DNA of 64,000 bases from Rubrivivax sp. (GCA_024641965.1 JAHECC010000001.1:29042-93041); one strand, 5' to 3'; shown: positions 21,240-33,424, counted from the stretch's first letter. Translations and numbers: made by a program. The notes: a model not told the origin generated them from the sequence alone.

Positions 21240-22655
21240 ATGTCTGCCATCTTCGATTCACGCGACCCCGGGCCCGAACCGCGGGACAGCGAAGTGGCGC
21301 GCCTGCGCGTGCCGCCCAATTCCAACGAAGCCGAGCAGAGCGTGCTCGGCGGCCTGCTGCTCGACAACCTGGCCTGGGACAAGGCCGGCGATCTGCTCAG
21401 CGAAAGCGACTTCTATCGCCACGAGCACCGGTTGATCTATGCGGCCGTGGGTGCGCTGGTCAGTGCCAGCAAGCCGGCCGATGTGATCACTGTCTTCGAG
21501 CACCTGCAGAACCTGGGCAAGGCGGCCGACTGTGGGGGCCTGGCCTACCTGAACGCGCTGGCGCAGAGTGTGCCGAGCGCGGCCAACATGCGGCGCTATG
21601 CGGAGATCGTGCGCGAACGCGCGATCCTGCGCAAGCTGATCGCAGCCAGCGACGAGATCGCCACCACCGCCTTCAACACGCAGGGCCGCGCGGTCTCGCA
21701 GATCCTCGACGAGGCGGAGGGGCGCATCTTCAAGATCGGCGAGGAAGGCTCGCGCAACCGCCAGGGATTCCAGGGCATCGACAAGTTGGTGGGGGCCTTG
21801 ATCGACCGCGTTAACGAGCTGGCGGAGAACGGTGCCGAGGAGGTGACCGGCGTGCGCACCGGTTTCTTCGACATGGACCGCATGACCGCCGGCTTGCAGA
21901 AGGGCGACCTGATCGTGCTGGCGGCCCGACCGTCGATGGGCAAGACCGCATTCGCACTGAATATCGCCGAGCATGTGTCGGTGCAGGAAGGCCTGCCGGT
22001 GCTGGTGTTTTCGATGGAAATGGGTGCGGCACAACTGGCACTGCGCATGGTCGGCTCGCTCGGCCGCATTGACCAACAGCATCTGCGCACGGGTGCACTG
22101 CGCAACGAGGAATGGGAGCGACTGGCCGAAGCGGTCGACCGGCTCGGTCGTGTGCAGATGTTCATCGACGAGACACCGGCGCTGAACTCGGCTGAGTTGC
22201 GCGCGCGTGCCCGGCGCATGGCGCGCCAGTTCGGCGGCACGCTCGGCCTGATCGTCGTCGACTATCTGCAGCTGATGAGCGGCACCAGTTCCAGCGAAGA
22301 GAATCGCGCGACCGAGATTGGCGAAATCTCGCGCGGCCTGAAGGCGCTGGCCAAGGAACTGCAGTGCCCGGTGATCGCGCTGTCGCAGCTGAATCGCAGT
22401 GTCGAGAGCCGCACCGACAAGCGGCCGATGATGAGCGACCTGCGTGAATCGGGCGCGATCGAGCAGGACGCCGACGTCATCATGTTCATCTACCGCGACG
22501 AGTACTACAACAAGGACAGCAAAGAACCTGGTGTGGCCGAAATCATCATCGGCAAGCAACGCAATGGGCCGACGGGCATGCTCAAGCTCACCTTCCTCAA
22601 GCCGCTGACGCGTTTCGACAATCTGGCGCCGGGCAGCGCGGGCTCCGACTACTGA
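21240..22655 (+). CDS. dnaB: Replicative DNA helicase
   Basis: PPNS.EAEQSVLGGLL, AARPSMGKTAF, IVVDYLQLM, LSQLNR, DLRESGAIEQDAD. Confidence 0.98.
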   Translation: MSAIFDSRDPGPEPRDSEVARLRVPPNSNEAEQSVLGGLLLDNLAWDKAGDLLSESDFYRHEHRLIYAAVGALVSASKPADVITVFEHLQNLGKAADCGGLAYLNALAQSVPSAANMRRYAEIVRERAILRKLIAASDEIATTAFNTQGRAVSQILDEAEGRIFKIGEEGSRNRQGFQGIDKLVGALIDRVNELAENGAEEVTGVRTGFFDMDRMTAGLQKGDLIVLAARPSMGKTAFALNIAEHVSVQEGLPVLVFSMEMGAAQLALRMVGSLGRIDQQHLRTGALRNEEWERLAEAVDRLGRVQMFIDETPALNSAELRARARRMARQFGGTLGLIVVDYLQLMSGTSSSEENRATEIGEISRGLKALAKELQCPVIALSQLNRSVESRTDKRPMMSDLRESGAIEQDADVIMFIYRDEYYNKDSKEPGVAEIIIGKQRNGPTGMLKLTFLKPLTRFDNLAPGSAGSDY

Positions 22656-22674
22656 ACTTGCAGGATTGCGATGA

Positions 22675-22690
22675 CTGTATGAAAATACAG
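22675..22690. promoter_or_regulatory. LexA (SOS) box
   Basis: CTGT-ATGAAAAT-ACAG, an exact CTGT-N8-ACAG with AT-rich spacer, 1 nt before the ATG. Confidence 0.85.
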
Positions 22691-22691
22691 T

Positions 22692-23813
22692 ATGTCGAAA
22701 TCACGGCCGGTCGTCGAACTGATCGACGCACGAGCGATACCCGAGGCGCTGAGGGGACGCGGCACGGCCTGGGCATTGCCGCACCGCTTCAACACAAGGC
22801 AGAACGAGGACTTCGATGACGGCTGGGGCACACTGCAGCAGGCCGTCACCGAGGAGCGTCTGGCGCCGCGGACGCTGGTGTTGGAAGAATCGGTGCGCAG
22901 CATCCTTGCGCAAAACGATTCGCCCGACATCGGCTTCGACCTGTCGATCAACCCCTATCGGGGCTGTGAGCATGGCTGCATCTACTGCTATGCAAGGCCG
23001 ACGCACAGCTATCTGAACCTGTCTCCGGGCATCGACTTCGAGACGCGCATCGTCGCCAAGGTGAATGCCGCCGAGCGGCTGCGCGAAGCCTTCTCACGAC
23101 GCGGCTACATACCGAAGATGCTGAACCTGGGATCGGCCACCGATGCCTACCAGCCGGCTGAACGCAGCCTGCGTATCACGCGCTCGGTGATCGAGGTGCT
23201 GAGCGAAGCCCGCCATGCCTTCTCGTTGGTCACCAAATCATCGCTGGTGGAGCGCGACCTGGATCTGATCGCGCCGATGGCACACGACGGCCTGGCCGCA
23301 GCCTACGTGTCGGTCACTACGCTGGACAATCATCTGGCAAGCCGGCTGGAACCGCGCGCCGCAGCGCCGGCGCGGCGCCTGCGCACGATCGAGACGCTGG
23401 CCAAGGCCGGTGTGCCGGTGGGCGTGAGTGTGTCGCCGGTGATTCCGTTTCTCAACGAACCCGAGCTCGAACGCATCCTCGAGGCCGCAGCCGGCTGCGG
23501 CGCGACGCGCGCCTTCAGCATCGTGCTTCGGTTGCCCTGGGAGGTGAACCCCTTGTTCCAGCAATGGCTCGACGCGCACTATCCCGAGCGCGCCGAACGC
23601 ATCATGGCGCGTGTGCGCGAGATGCGCGGCGGCCGCGACAACGATGCGCAGTTCGGCACGCGCATGACCGGGCAGGGCGTGTGGGCACAGTTGCTGCACC
23701 AGCGCTTTCACAAGGCCTGCGCACGTTTCAGCCTGAACCGCGAGCGTTGTGAACTCGACCTGACTAAGTTCCGGCCGCCCGTGGTCGACGCTGCACAGGC
23801 CAGCCTGTTCTGA
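22692..23813 (+). CDS. PA0069/Rv2578c-family (SplB-like) radical SAM protein
   Basis: SINPYRGCEHGCIYCYARP (CxxxCxxC), TDAYQPAE, TKS, LEPRA; C-terminal QASLF clamp-binding-like motif. Confidence 0.92.
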   Translation: MSKSRPVVELIDARAIPEALRGRGTAWALPHRFNTRQNEDFDDGWGTLQQAVTEERLAPRTLVLEESVRSILAQNDSPDIGFDLSINPYRGCEHGCIYCYARPTHSYLNLSPGIDFETRIVAKVNAAERLREAFSRRGYIPKMLNLGSATDAYQPAERSLRITRSVIEVLSEARHAFSLVTKSSLVERDLDLIAPMAHDGLAAAYVSVTTLDNHLASRLEPRAAAPARRLRTIETLAKAGVPVGVSVSPVIPFLNEPELERILEAAAGCGATRAFSIVLRLPWEVNPLFQQWLDAHYPERAERIMARVREMRGGRDNDAQFGTRMTGQGVWAQLLHQRFHKACARFSLNRERCELDLTKFRPPVVDAAQASLF

Positions 23814-23825
23814 ACACCGCCGGCG

Positions 23826-24974
23826 CTACTTGAACAGGTCCTTGACGCGGTCGGTCCAACTCTTCTCGTTGGGAGAATGCCGGTCGCCGCCCTTGCGGAA
23901 AGACTCGTCCAGTTCCTTCAGCAACTTGCGTTGGTGTTCGGTGATCTTCACCGGCGTCTCCACCGCGATGTGTGCATATAGGTCGCCGGGGTAGCTCGAG
24001 CGGATGCCCTTGATGCCTTTGCCGCGCAGGCGGAAGGTTTTGCCATGCTGTGTGCCCTCGGGCAACTCGATCTCGGCGTTGCCGCCGAGTGTAGGCACCT
24101 CGATCGTCCCGCCGAGAGTGACAGTGGTCAGGCCCACCGGCACGCTGCAGTGCAGGTCGTCGCCGTCGCGCTCGAAGATGTCATGCGCCTTGACGCGGAT
24201 TTCGATGTACAGGTCGCCGTTCGGGCCACCGTTGGTGCCCGGCTCGCCGTTGCCGGCGGAGCGGATGCGCATGCCCTCGTTGATGCCGGCCGGGATCTTC
24301 ACCTCCAGCGTCTTCTGCTTCTTGATCTTGCCCGCGCCGTTGCAGGTGGTGCAGGGGTCCGGAATAATCTTGCCGGCGCCGCGGCAGTGCGGGCAGGTCT
24401 GCTGGATGCTGAAGAAGCCCTGGCGCATGTGCACCGTGCCACCGCCATTGCAGGTACCGCAGGCCTTGGGGCTGGTGCCGGGCTTGGCACCGCTGCCATG
24501 GCAGCTTTCGCAGGTCTCCCAACTGGGGATGCGGATCTGCGTGTCCTTACCGCGCGCGGCCTCGTCCAGCGTGATCTCCATCGCGTAGCTCAGGTCGTTG
24601 CCGCGATAGACCTGCTGGCCCCCGCCACGCCGCGCGCCGGCTGCCCCGGCTCCGCCATTGAAGATGTCGCCGAAGATGTCGCCGAAGGCCTCTGCGAAGC
24701 CGCCGAAGCCCTCCGGCCCGGCGCCACGCCCGCCCATGTTCGGGTCCACCCCGGCATGGCCGAACTGGTCGTAGGCGGCACGCTTTTGCGGGTCGGTCAG
24801 GATCTCGTAGGCCTCGTTGGCCTCCTTGAACTTCTCTTCCGAGGCCTTGGCCTTGTCACCCTGGTTGCGGTCCGGGTGGTGCTTCATGGCCAGCTTGCGG
24901 TAGGCCTTCTTGATGTCGTCGGCCCCGGCATTGCGGGGCACGCCTAGGATGTCGTAGTAGTCGCGCTTTGCCAT
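23826..24974 (-). CDS. dnaJ: Chaperone DnaJ
   Basis: J domain with HPD, G/F region, four CxxCxGxG repeats. Confidence 0.98.
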   Translation of the reverse strand: MAKRDYYDILGVPRNAGADDIKKAYRKLAMKHHPDRNQGDKAKASEEKFKEANEAYEILTDPQKRAAYDQFGHAGVDPNMGGRGAGPEGFGGFAEAFGDIFGDIFNGGAGAAGARRGGGQQVYRGNDLSYAMEITLDEAARGKDTQIRIPSWETCESCHGSGAKPGTSPKACGTCNGGGTVHMRQGFFSIQQTCPHCRGAGKIIPDPCTTCNGAGKIKKQKTLEVKIPAGINEGMRIRSAGNGEPGTNGGPNGDLYIEIRVKAHDIFERDGDDLHCSVPVGLTTVTLGGTIEVPTLGGNAEIELPEGTQHGKTFRLRGKGIKGIRSSYPGDLYAHIAVETPVKITEHQRKLLKELDESFRKGGDRHSPNEKSWTDRVKDLFK

Positions 24975-25003
24975 GTGAAATCTCAGGAAGTCTGAAACAG
25001 AAC

Positions 25004-25077
25004 CGCCGCGTTGAGGTGCAAGCGCAGCTTGTCACCTCGAACGCGGCGAAATACCGGGGCAGCCCAAGGGGCTGCCC
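25004..25077 (-). terminator. Two tandem hairpins between dnaK and dnaJ
   Basis: GGGCAGCCC-AAG-GGGCTGCCC (25057-77) and a 20-bp stem with two 1-nt bulges (25004-48). Confidence 0.65.
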
Positions 25078-25083
25078 GCAATA

Positions 25084-27033
25084 TCACTTCTTCACTTCTT
25101 TGAACTCGGCGTCGACCACGTTGTCGTCGGCCGCCCGGCCTTCCGGCTGTTGTGCCTCGCCTGCACCGGCGCCACCTGCCGCTGCGGCGGCTGCCGCCGC
25201 AGCCGCCTGTGGATCGGCGGCATACATCTTTTCACCCAGTTTCTGGCTGGTGGTCATCAGCTTCTCGGTGGCGGCGTCGATGGTGCCCTTGTCGTCGCTC
25301 TTCAGCGCCTCTTCGGCCTCCTTGAGCGCCGCTTCGATGCCTTCCTTTTCCGCCGCATCGAGCTTGTCGCCATGCTCGGCCACGCTCTTCTTCACCGAAT
25401 GCACCAGCGCGTCGGCCTGGTTGCGCGCCTGCGCCAGTTCGAGCTTCTTGTGGTCCTCGGCGGCGTTCAGTTCGGCGTCCTTGACCATCTTCTGGATCTC
25501 TTCCTCGGAGATGCCGGAGTTGGCCTTGATCGTGATCTTGTTTTCCTTGCCGGTGGCCTTGTCCTTCGCGCCGACGTGCAGGATGCCGTTGGCGTCGATG
25601 TCGAAGCTGACCTCGATCTGCGGCATGCCGCGCGGCGACGGCGGAATGCCTTCGAGGTTGAACTCGCCCAGGCTCTTGTTGCCCGAGGCAATCTCGCGCT
25701 CGCCCTGGAACACCTTGATCGTCACCGCCGGCTGGTTGTCGTCGGCAGTGGAAAACACCTGGGCGAACTTGGTCGGTATGGTGGTGTTCTTTTTGATCAT
25801 CTTGGTCATCACGCCGCCCAGCGTCTCGATGCCCAGGCTCAGCGGCGTGACGTCGAGCAGCAGCACGTCCTTGCGGTCGCCGCCCAGCACCTGGCCCTGG
25901 ATGGCCGCGCCGACGGCCACCGCCTCGTCGGGGTTGACGTCCTTGCGCGGCTCCTTGCCGAAGAACTCCTTGACCTTGTCCTGCACCTTGGGCATGCGCG
26001 TCATGCCGCCCACCAGGATGATGTCGTTGATGTCGCTCATCTTCACGCCGGCGTCCTTCACGGCGATCTTGCAAGGCTCGATCGTGCGCGCCACCAGATC
26101 CTCGACCAGCGCTTCGAGCTTGGCCCGGCTGAGCTTGATGTTCAGGTGTTTCGGGCCCGAGGCGTCGGCCGTGATGTAGGGCAGGTTGACATCGGTCTGC
26201 GTGCTGTTGGACAGCTCGATCTTGGCCTTCTCGGCGGCTTCCTTCAGCCGCTGCAGCGCCAGCACGTCCTTGGTCAGATCGACGCCTTGTTCCTTCTTGA
26301 ACTCGGTGACGATGTAATCGATGATGCGCTGGTCGAAGTCCTCGCCACCGAGGAAGGTGTCGCCGTTGGTCGAGAGCACCTCGAATTGCATCTCGCCGTC
26401 GACGTCGGCGATCTCGATGATCGAGATGTCGAAGGTCCCGCCGCCCAGGTCGTAGACCGCGATCTTGCGGTCGCCCTTGCCGTGCTTGTCCAGGCCGAAG
26501 GCCAGCGCGGCGGCGGTCGGTTCATTGATGATGCGCTTGACGTCCAGCCCGGCGATGCGCCCGGCATCCTTGGTGGCCTGCCGCTGGCTGTCGTTGAAGT
26601 ACGCCGGCACGGTGATCACCGCTTCGGTCACCGGCTCCCCCAGGTAGTCCTCGGCCGTCTTCTTCATCTTGCGCAGGATCTCGGCCGAGACCTGCGGCGG
26701 TGCCAGCTTCTTGCCACGCACTTCGACCCAGGCGTCGCCGTTGTCGGCCGCACTGATCTTGTAGGGCATCAGGTCGATGTCCTTCTGCACTTCCTTTTCG
26801 GTGAACTTGCGCCCGATCAGGCGCTTGACCGCATAGATCGTGTTCTTCGGATTGGTCACCGACTGCCGCTTGGCCGAGGCGCCGACGAGGATTTCGCCGT
26901 CCTCCTGGTAGGCAATGATCGACGGCGTGGTGCGCGCGCCTTCACTGTTCTCGATGACCTTGGTGCTGTTGCCTTCCATGACGGACACGCACGAATTCGT
27001 GGTGCCCAGGTCTATGCCGATGATCTTTCCCAT
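25084..27033 (-). CDS. dnaK: Chaperone DnaK
   Basis: [39 protein letters not shown]. Confidence 0.99.
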   Translation of the reverse strand: MGKIIGIDLGTTNSCVSVMEGNSTKVIENSEGARTTPSIIAYQEDGEILVGASAKRQSVTNPKNTIYAVKRLIGRKFTEKEVQKDIDLMPYKISAADNGDAWVEVRGKKLAPPQVSAEILRKMKKTAEDYLGEPVTEAVITVPAYFNDSQRQATKDAGRIAGLDVKRIINEPTAAALAFGLDKHGKGDRKIAVYDLGGGTFDISIIEIADVDGEMQFEVLSTNGDTFLGGEDFDQRIIDYIVTEFKKEQGVDLTKDVLALQRLKEAAEKAKIELSNSTQTDVNLPYITADASGPKHLNIKLSRAKLEALVEDLVARTIEPCKIAVKDAGVKMSDINDIILVGGMTRMPKVQDKVKEFFGKEPRKDVNPDEAVAVGAAIQGQVLGGDRKDVLLLDVTPLSLGIETLGGVMTKMIKKNTTIPTKFAQVFSTADDNQPAVTIKVFQGEREIASGNKSLGEFNLEGIPPSPRGMPQIEVSFDIDANGILHVGAKDKATGKENKITIKANSGISEEEIQKMVKDAELNAAEDHKKLELAQARNQADALVHSVKKSVAEHGDKLDAAEKEGIEAALKEAEEALKSDDKGTIDAATEKLMTTSQKLGEKMYAADPQAAAAAAAAAAGGAGAGEAQQPEGRAADDNVVDAEFKEVKK

Positions 27034-27070
27034 TTGAATTGCTCCTGAGGATGGAATCTGGATGTCTTGG

Positions 27071-27098
27071 AGTTGTGGATAAGTGGCCGGCTTTCAAG
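27071..27098 (-). promoter_or_regulatory. sigma32-type promoter of dnaK overlapped by a perfect DnaA box
   Basis: CTTGAA-N14-CCACAACT on minus strand; TTATCCACA at 27074-82. Confidence 0.7.
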
Positions 27099-27110
27099 CC
27101 CGCGCCAGCG

Positions 27111-27671
27111 TCACTTGGGCGCCGCCACTGTGACCAATGCGGGGCGAAGCACGCGATCGGAGATCAGGTAGCCCTTCTGCAGCACCGTGACCACGGTGTT
27201 CGCCTCCTGATTGGCCGGCACCATGCTGATCGCCTGGTGCTGATGCGGGTCGAACTTGGTGCCCACCGGCGGGTTGATCGGCAGCACCTTGTTGCGCTCC
27301 AGCGCGGAATTCAGCTGGCGCAGCGTGGCATGCACCCCTTCGAGCATCTGGTCGGTCGTGGCCGGCGCATCGGAGCCTTGCAGCGTGATCGCCGCTTCCA
27401 GGCTGTCACGCACCGGCAGCAGGCTCTCCGCAAAGGCCTCCACCGCGAACTTGCGGGCCTTGGACATCTCTTCCTCTGCACGGCGACGCGTGTTCTCCGC
27501 GTCGGCCTTGGCGCGAAGGTAGGCGTCGGAGACCGAGGCATGCTTGGCCTCGAGTTCGGCCAAGCGTTCTTCGATGGTCTGCGCCGGCGCGCTGGTCTCG
27601 ACGGGTTCCTGGGTCGTGTCGAGGGAGGGTTCGATGTCGGGGGTGGGTGGGGTCGGTTCGTTCGGATTCAT
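27111..27671 (-). CDS. grpE: Nucleotide exchange factor GrpE
   Basis: [35 protein letters not shown]....RVLRPALV; start moved to ATG 27671, downstream of the promoter. Confidence 0.97.
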   Translation of the reverse strand: MNPNEPTPPTPDIEPSLDTTQEPVETSAPAQTIEERLAELEAKHASVSDAYLRAKADAENTRRRAEEEMSKARKFAVEAFAESLLPVRDSLEAAITLQGSDAPATTDQMLEGVHATLRQLNSALERNKVLPINPPVGTKFDPHQHQAISMVPANQEANTVVTVLQKGYLISDRVLRPALVTVAAPK

Positions 27672-27697
27672 GTTCGGTTTTTTGCTGGCTCGCGAAT

Positions 27698-27725
27698 ATT
27701 TGGGACCGAATCTCCCGACTTCAAG
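27698..27725 (-). promoter_or_regulatory. sigma32-type promoter of grpE
   Basis: CTTGAA-N14-TCCCAAAT, same spacing as at dnaK. Confidence 0.7.
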
Positions 27726-27790
27726 AGGGTTATTGCACGGTTTCGGACCGACTTTCGGCACAAGCAACGGCTCGTGTGGAGCCTGGCGTA

Positions 27791-28198
27791 TCAACCTTCG
27801 ATGTCGTCGACCGAAACGCTCCAGCGCTGCCAGTCGACCAGTTCGCGCCGATCGCGCTTCGTCGGCCGACCTTGTTCAATGGCCTGGGCCGGGTCGCTGA
27901 CATAGGGGCGGGCCCGTGCCGCGGCCTCGCGCGCGGCAATGCTGTCCGGCGTTTCGGCATACAGCAGCTGCGCCACCGGTGCAGGGCCGCGCGCATCGCT
28001 CAAACCCAGCACGCGCAGCTCGCGCGCGATTTCGCCCTTCGCACCCTGGCGCAGACTGACGAGGTCGCCGACACGCAAGTCGCGCGAGCGCTTGACCGGT
28101 TGGCCGTTGACCGTGACCCGCCCTTTGTCGACAAAGTCCACGGCCAGCGCGCGGGTCTTGTAGAAGCGCGCGGCCCACAGCCACTTGTCCAGGCGCAT
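27791..28198 (-). CDS. hslR: Ribosome-associated heat shock protein Hsp15 (S4 domain)
   Basis: [25 protein letters not shown]. Confidence 0.95.
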   Translation of the reverse strand: MRLDKWLWAARFYKTRALAVDFVDKGRVTVNGQPVKRSRDLRVGDLVSLRQGAKGEIARELRVLGLSDARGPAPVAQLLYAETPDSIAAREAAARARPYVSDPAQAIEQGRPTKRDRRELVDWQRWSVSVDDIEG

Positions 28199-28215
28199 CG
28201 TTTCGCGTTCGGGCT

Positions 28216-29307
28216 TCAGTCGGAGGCTCCCATGGCCAGGGCGCGCTCGCGTTGACTCGCCAGCTCGGCGGTATCGGCACCTTGTGCCGTGTCCCAGCCT
28301 TGCAGGTGGCGCAGCGTGATGTCGCGCAGCGCCTGAATCCACTCCGGCCGGTCGTTCAGGCAGGCGATGTAGTGGAACTGCCTGCCGCCCGCCTCGGTGA
28401 AGGTGGCGCGGGCCTCCTGGTCGATCTCTTCCAGCGTCTCCAGGCAGTCGGCCACGAAACCTGGGCAGATCAGGTCGACGCGCTCGACCCCCGCGCGTGC
28501 CAGCTGCTGCAGCGTGGGCTCGGTGTAGGGCTGCAGCCACCGAGCCTTGCCGAAGCGGCTCTGGAAGGTGACGCGGTATTCGTTCTTCGACAGGCCGAGC
28601 CGTTGCGCCAGCAGGCGGGCCGTCTTGTGGCACTGGCAGTGATACGGATCGCCCAGACGCAAGCTGCGCTCGGGCAGGCCATGAAAGCTCATCACCAGCA
28701 TCGGGCCGCGGCCTTCGGCCTGCCAATGCGACAACACCTGCCGTGCCAGCGCGTCGATGTAGCCCGGGTCGTCGTGATACTGCTGCACAAAGCGCAACTC
28801 GGGCAGCCGACGCGACTGCAGCCCCCATTTCGCGACGGCGTCGAACACACTCGCCGTGGTGGCCGCCGAATACTGCGGGTACATCGACACGACGAGCACG
28901 CGCGTCACGCCGTCAGCGCGCAGCGCATCCATCGCCTCAGCGATGCTCGGCTTGCCGTAGCGCATGGCGTGGCGCACGTGCACCGCGTGTCCGGCCTGCC
29001 CGAGGTAGCCGGCCAGCAGCTTGGCCTGCTTGGCGGCCCACACGGCCAGCGGCGAGCCTTCGGGCGTCCAGATCGCGGCGTACTTGCGCGCCGACTTCGA
29101 GGGACGCACGCGCAGGATCACGCCATGCAGGATCGGCCACCACGCCAGGCGCGGAATCTCCACTACGCGCGGGTCGGACAGGAACTCGGCCAAGTAGCGC
29201 CGAAGTGCGCCTGCCGTCGGCGCATCGGGCGTGCCCAGGTTCACCACCAGCACACCCACACGAGCCGGTTGACCATGTTCGAAAGCCGGCTCGACCCGGT
29301 ACTTCAT
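28216..29307 (-). CDS. hemH: Ferrochelatase
   Basis: NLGTPDAPT, YLAEFLSDPRV, SFHGLP, FQSRFG..WLQPYT, GFVADCLETLEEI. Confidence 0.97.
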   Translation of the reverse strand: MKYRVEPAFEHGQPARVGVLVVNLGTPDAPTAGALRRYLAEFLSDPRVVEIPRLAWWPILHGVILRVRPSKSARKYAAIWTPEGSPLAVWAAKQAKLLAGYLGQAGHAVHVRHAMRYGKPSIAEAMDALRADGVTRVLVVSMYPQYSAATTASVFDAVAKWGLQSRRLPELRFVQQYHDDPGYIDALARQVLSHWQAEGRGPMLVMSFHGLPERSLRLGDPYHCQCHKTARLLAQRLGLSKNEYRVTFQSRFGKARWLQPYTEPTLQQLARAGVERVDLICPGFVADCLETLEEIDQEARATFTEAGGRQFHYIACLNDRPEWIQALRDITLRHLQGWDTAQGADTAELASQRERALAMGASD

Positions 29308-29376
29308 GCCATTTGCGCCTTGGTGACGGACATACTGCCAATGGAGGCTGCAACGCAGGTGAGCCGCATGGCCGAT

Positions 29377-29775
29377 TCAGTCGGCCACACGCAGACCGTG
29401 CGCCGCCAGTTCGCGTCGCAAGCTCTGCCCATCCACGGGCTTGCTCCAGCAGCCGGCAAAGCCCGCTTCGGTTGCAGCCATTCGAAGCTGCGGGTCATCG
29501 TCGGCGCTGCACAGGAAAGCCGGTACGTCGCTCAGCGCAGTTTCCTGCCGCAGCAGTCGCAGCAGCGCATGGCCATCGGTATCCGGCAAGTGCAGGTCGA
29601 TGACCATCAGCTGCGGCGGGTCGGCGCGGGCCAGCACCAGCGCCTCGGCGCCATCCGCCGCAGTGGACAACCGCAGGCCAGGCATTGCGGCACAGGCGTT
29701 CTCGAAGAGCATCAGGTTGATGCGGTCGTCGTCGACGTAGAGCAGGTGCATGCGGGTCAGGGCGCTGCGCGGCAA
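29377..29775 (-). CDS. Single-domain response regulator (receiver)
   Basis: LLYVDDD, VIDLHLPDTDG (phospho-Asp), SKPVD; start may be ATG 29751. Confidence 0.9.
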   Translation of the reverse strand: MPRSALTRMHLLYVDDDRINLMLFENACAAMPGLRLSTAADGAEALVLARADPPQLMVIDLHLPDTDGHALLRLLRQETALSDVPAFLCSADDDPQLRMAATEAGFAGCWSKPVDGQSLRRELAAHGLRVAD

Positions 29776-30711
29776 TCAGGCCAGCGGCATGGACTGGCTG
29801 TCGCCGTAGCGCAGCACCTCGAAGCGCACGCAGGCCGAGGTTGGATCGGCGGGCGACCCTCCCAGGCCGATCGCACCATTGCCGTGCAATAGGCAACTGC
29901 CGCGGCGCAGGCTGACGATTTCGCCATCTGCGAAGCGCACGTAGGTGCCGTTGTAGCTGAGGTCACTGAGCTGGAAGCTGCCACCATGCCAGTCGAGCCG
30001 CGCATGCGAGCGCGAGACGCGCGAATCGTCGACGCAATAGTGCGCCTGCGGGCTGCGTCCCAGCACCACCGGCATCTGCCGGCTGGCGAACAGTTGGTTG
30101 CGGTCGAGCCAGTCAAGGCGAATGGCGTCCGGCTCTACCGCAGGGGCCATGTCGCCGAACTGCGTGGCCGCGGTGTCGCTGCTGCGGCGTCCGCCGTGCA
30201 CGAAAACCTCCACCGGTTCGACGCGGCCGCGCAGCACCATCTGGTCCAGTCTGCGAAACTTCGGTTTCATGGCGCGGGACAGGCCTTTCAGCACCGGTGC
30301 CGTGACGAGAGTCTCGCTGTCGTCTGCATGGTCGAGCAGGCGCGCAGCCACGTTCACCGCATCACCGAAACAATCGCCCTCCAGTTCGACGACTTCACCC
30401 CGCGACACGGCGACCTGAAGGCGCAGCGTGGAAGATGCGCCCTGTTTGCTGCCGCGGGCCACGATGCCGGCCAGCACGTCGTGCATCTGCATCGCCGACT
30501 GCACCGCCTGCGCTGGCGTGGGGAACACCGCCATCAACCCGTCGCCAAGCGTCTTCACGACATGCCCACCGTTGCCCTCGACCGATGGACCCAATGCGGA
30601 CACGCAGTGGGTCACCAGCGACGTGGCTTCGGCATTGCCCAATGTCTCGAACAGGCCCGTGCTGCCACGCAGATCGGCAAACAGGATGCTTCGGTCGGAG
30701 ATCTGGGTCAT
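29776..30711 (-). CDS. Class III adenylate cyclase with C-terminal FHA domain
   Basis: ILFADLRGST, VKTLGDGLM, DCFGDAVNVAARL; FHA motifs LGR, VSRSHARL, SYNGTYV. Confidence 0.9.
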   Translation of the reverse strand: MTQISDRSILFADLRGSTGLFETLGNAEATSLVTHCVSALGPSVEGNGGHVVKTLGDGLMAVFPTPAQAVQSAMQMHDVLAGIVARGSKQGASSTLRLQVAVSRGEVVELEGDCFGDAVNVAARLLDHADDSETLVTAPVLKGLSRAMKPKFRRLDQMVLRGRVEPVEVFVHGGRRSSDTAATQFGDMAPAVEPDAIRLDWLDRNQLFASRQMPVVLGRSPQAHYCVDDSRVSRSHARLDWHGGSFQLSDLSYNGTYVRFADGEIVSLRRGSCLLHGNGAIGLGGSPADPTSACVRFEVLRYGDSQSMPLA

Positions 30712-30881
30712 CGCAGCGCCAGTTTATCCCGCACAAGGTATTCCCCGCGACGATGCCATCATCGACATCGGCCTTGAGGCTTGTCGACTGGCGCGCTCAG
30801 CTTGTGCCTTTGGCGCAACCTCAGGCGCGTTCGCTACGCGACCTCGGCGGCGTGCCGCTGCACGCACCTGACCAACGTCCT

Positions 30882-33140
<2,259 letters not shown>

Positions 33141-33424
33141 GCAATTCCTCGTTGAGTGGGGCTTCACGGCACCCGGTTCAGGCCAACTGATGCCACCGTG
33201 CCGGTTGCGCCGCGCCTTGCCATGGCGCACGCAGCGTGCAAGGCATTGGCTCAGGCTGCCGCAGGCAGGAAGCAACAAGTCGCATGTCGGGCAGGCAAGC
33301 TGGCGAGTGCGTTTTGAACGCGCAGTCCTTGCGGGTGAGGGAGGCCGATGTGGGTGGCCCGTATCAAGGGTGGCCGGGGCCCGGAGGGTCTGCCATCAAG
33401 CTTGCCGCTTGGGTCAAGTCGTGG

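Noticed and set aside
25165-25210. GCC/GCG-rich repeat near the dnaK 3' end
   Set aside because: It encodes the usual low-complexity Ala/Gly tail of DnaK.
25150-27048. 632-aa ORF antisense to dnaK
   Set aside because: This is the well-known hsp70 antisense frame once annotated as NAD-glutamate dehydrogenase; it is a codon-bias shadow with no independent motifs.
27691-27699. CGCGAATAT at grpE matching the hns inverted-repeat half-site
   Set aside because: Single half-site that overlaps the sigma32 -10; compatible with chance.
27034-27790. CIRCE element for the dnaK/grpE genes
   Set aside because: No TTAGCACTC-N9-GAGTGCTAA present; sigma32-type promoters explain the region.
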